From assembly GCA_938045315.1 (NCBI GenBank), contig CALINM010000010.1:1-57777 (forward strand): a DNA stretch of 57,777 nt, read 5' to 3'. Origin of the DNA: an uncultured bacterium (GTDB taxonomy: Bacteria > CALINM01). The translations under genes and the position numbers were made by a program. Positions 56,803 through 57,777 of this stretch are shown in pieces. The stretch's first letter is position 1, and each line of letters begins with the position of its first letter. The notes below the pieces were generated by a model that was given only the letters and a program-made list of their open reading frames with translations, was not told the DNA's origin and searched no databases.

Positions 56803-57777
56803 TTTGAGGGAAAAAATTGGTATTGGAAATCTCGTTACTGTTACTTTAAAAGGAAGGCATACTACTGGTCTTGTTATAAATTTTTTAAAATGCCCACCTA
56901 TTGAAATAGATTTCGAAAAAATTTTAGATATCCATGATGTAATCTCACCAACCCAATATTTTGATGAAAAATACATTAAATTTTATAAGTTCACAGCATC
57001 ATACTATTGCACAAATTTAAAAGATGTTATAAAGTTTTCTTTTCCTAAAGTTAGTCTAATTAAACAATCAAGCATCATTAAAATAACAAATTTTAATCCC
57101 CTTGATCCTGTTATGGAATTTATTTCTATGACAAAAAAATGCACATTAGAAAAAATCTTTAAAGCCTTCCCAAACCTTGAATATAAACATATTTTAGAAC
57201 TTGAAAAAAGGGGGTTTATAAAAGTAGATACAAACTTTTTATATAAAAAAATTTTCCCTCCCCTCGATTATTTTAACGATAGTTATGAAGAAGGAGAGCT
57301 TCCTCTTAATGAAGAACAGGAGAAATTTTATTCTCATGTCATTGAAAATTTAAATAAATCTATCTTTTATTTATTAACGGGTAAAACGGGAACGGGTAAA
57401 ACAGAAGTTTTAATTAAAATTGTAAAAACACTTTTAAAATCTGGTAAGTCTGTAATTTATCTTGTACCAGAAATATCCCTTGCTTCCTATATTTACAGGA
57501 AAATTACTCATTACATCGATAGAAATAATGTATTTATATGGCATAGCAGTTTGTCTCAAAAAATAAGGGGGTTTACTTTTGAAAAAATTATAGATTCACC
57601 GAGTGTTGTTATTGGTACCCGTTCTTCAATTTTTCTACCTGTTAAAAAACCAGGTTTGATTATAGTGGATGAAGAACATGATTCTTCCTACAAACATGAA
57701 GGAAAATTCCCTTATAACTCTCGTGACTTAGCAATAGCAAGGGGAGCTCATTTTTCTCACCCCGTAATTTTAGCTTC
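56803..57777 (+). CDS. priA: primosomal protein N' (PriA helicase), 3'-truncated by the window edge; the 5' end is ambiguous
   Basis: Open frame to the window end, which is why the ORF track omits it. ...IGIGNLVTVTLKGRHTTGLVI..., Walker A LLTGKTGTGKTEV and DEAH-like box IIVDEEHDSSYK. The first canonical in-frame start is TTG 56803, but PriA-like sequence extends upstream to ATG 56742 in another frame (see findings). Confidence 0.8.

Noticed and set aside
1-57777. CRISPR arrays, IS elements/transposases, prophage or toxin-antitoxin/defence cassettes
   Set aside because: I saw no regularly spaced direct repeats, no terminal inverted repeats, and no transposase, integrase or phage-like ORFs on either strand.

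Overview
This is a gene-dense, AT-rich bacterial chromosomal window (about one-third G+C by eye, not computed). The host is a diderm: Mla lipid transport, RlpA, PpiD and type IV pilus genes are all present. I cannot name the organism. GC-rich structural RNAs in an AT-rich background, many radical-SAM and selenium genes, and tightly overlapping operons suggest an anaerobic, possibly thermophilic lineage.

Most of the window is housekeeping:
- nadA, tRNA-Leu, gatCAB
- a signalling cluster: CheY-like REC, GalT-like, USP, GAF-MCP, REC-HK
- a COG2509 flavoprotein, a YhaM-like nuclease, an AI-2E transporter, an AmmeMemoRadiSam enzyme
- nfi, rlpA, ispE, tRNA-Gln
- an orphan BlaI/CopY-family repressor next to a decayed permease pseudogene
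- a LysM-NlpC/P60 hydrolase, ubiE, bactofilin, asparaginase
- an alaS-recX-pilT-recA operon
- a CIRCE-controlled rpoH
- selD, mlaDFE, alr, prmA, rnpB (RNase P RNA), a COG1579 protein, NIF3, tRNA-Met
- marC, cysK, pfkA, a radical-SAM enzyme, a zinc-ribbon response regulator
- ppiD, comEC, dnaJ and a 5'-partial priA

The most accessory-like block is a type IV pilus minor-pilin operon on the minus strand (fimT-pilV-pilW-pilX, then a giant 1873-aa PilY1 with an inserted PA14 domain).

Two recoding events are hidden from the ORF track:
1. selD is a selenoprotein. An in-frame UGA sits at codon 16 in the GUAAK motif, so the true gene is 29413..30438.
2. An unlisted 115-codon DUF1573-like secreted protein (48247..48594) is translationally coupled to the pilY1 stop codon (ATGGTAA). 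It carries an in-frame UGA exactly where the family has the first Cys of its S-C-G-C-T motif. It is a candidate new selenoprotein attached to the pilus tip-adhesin operon.

I saw no CRISPR arrays, IS elements or prophage genes.
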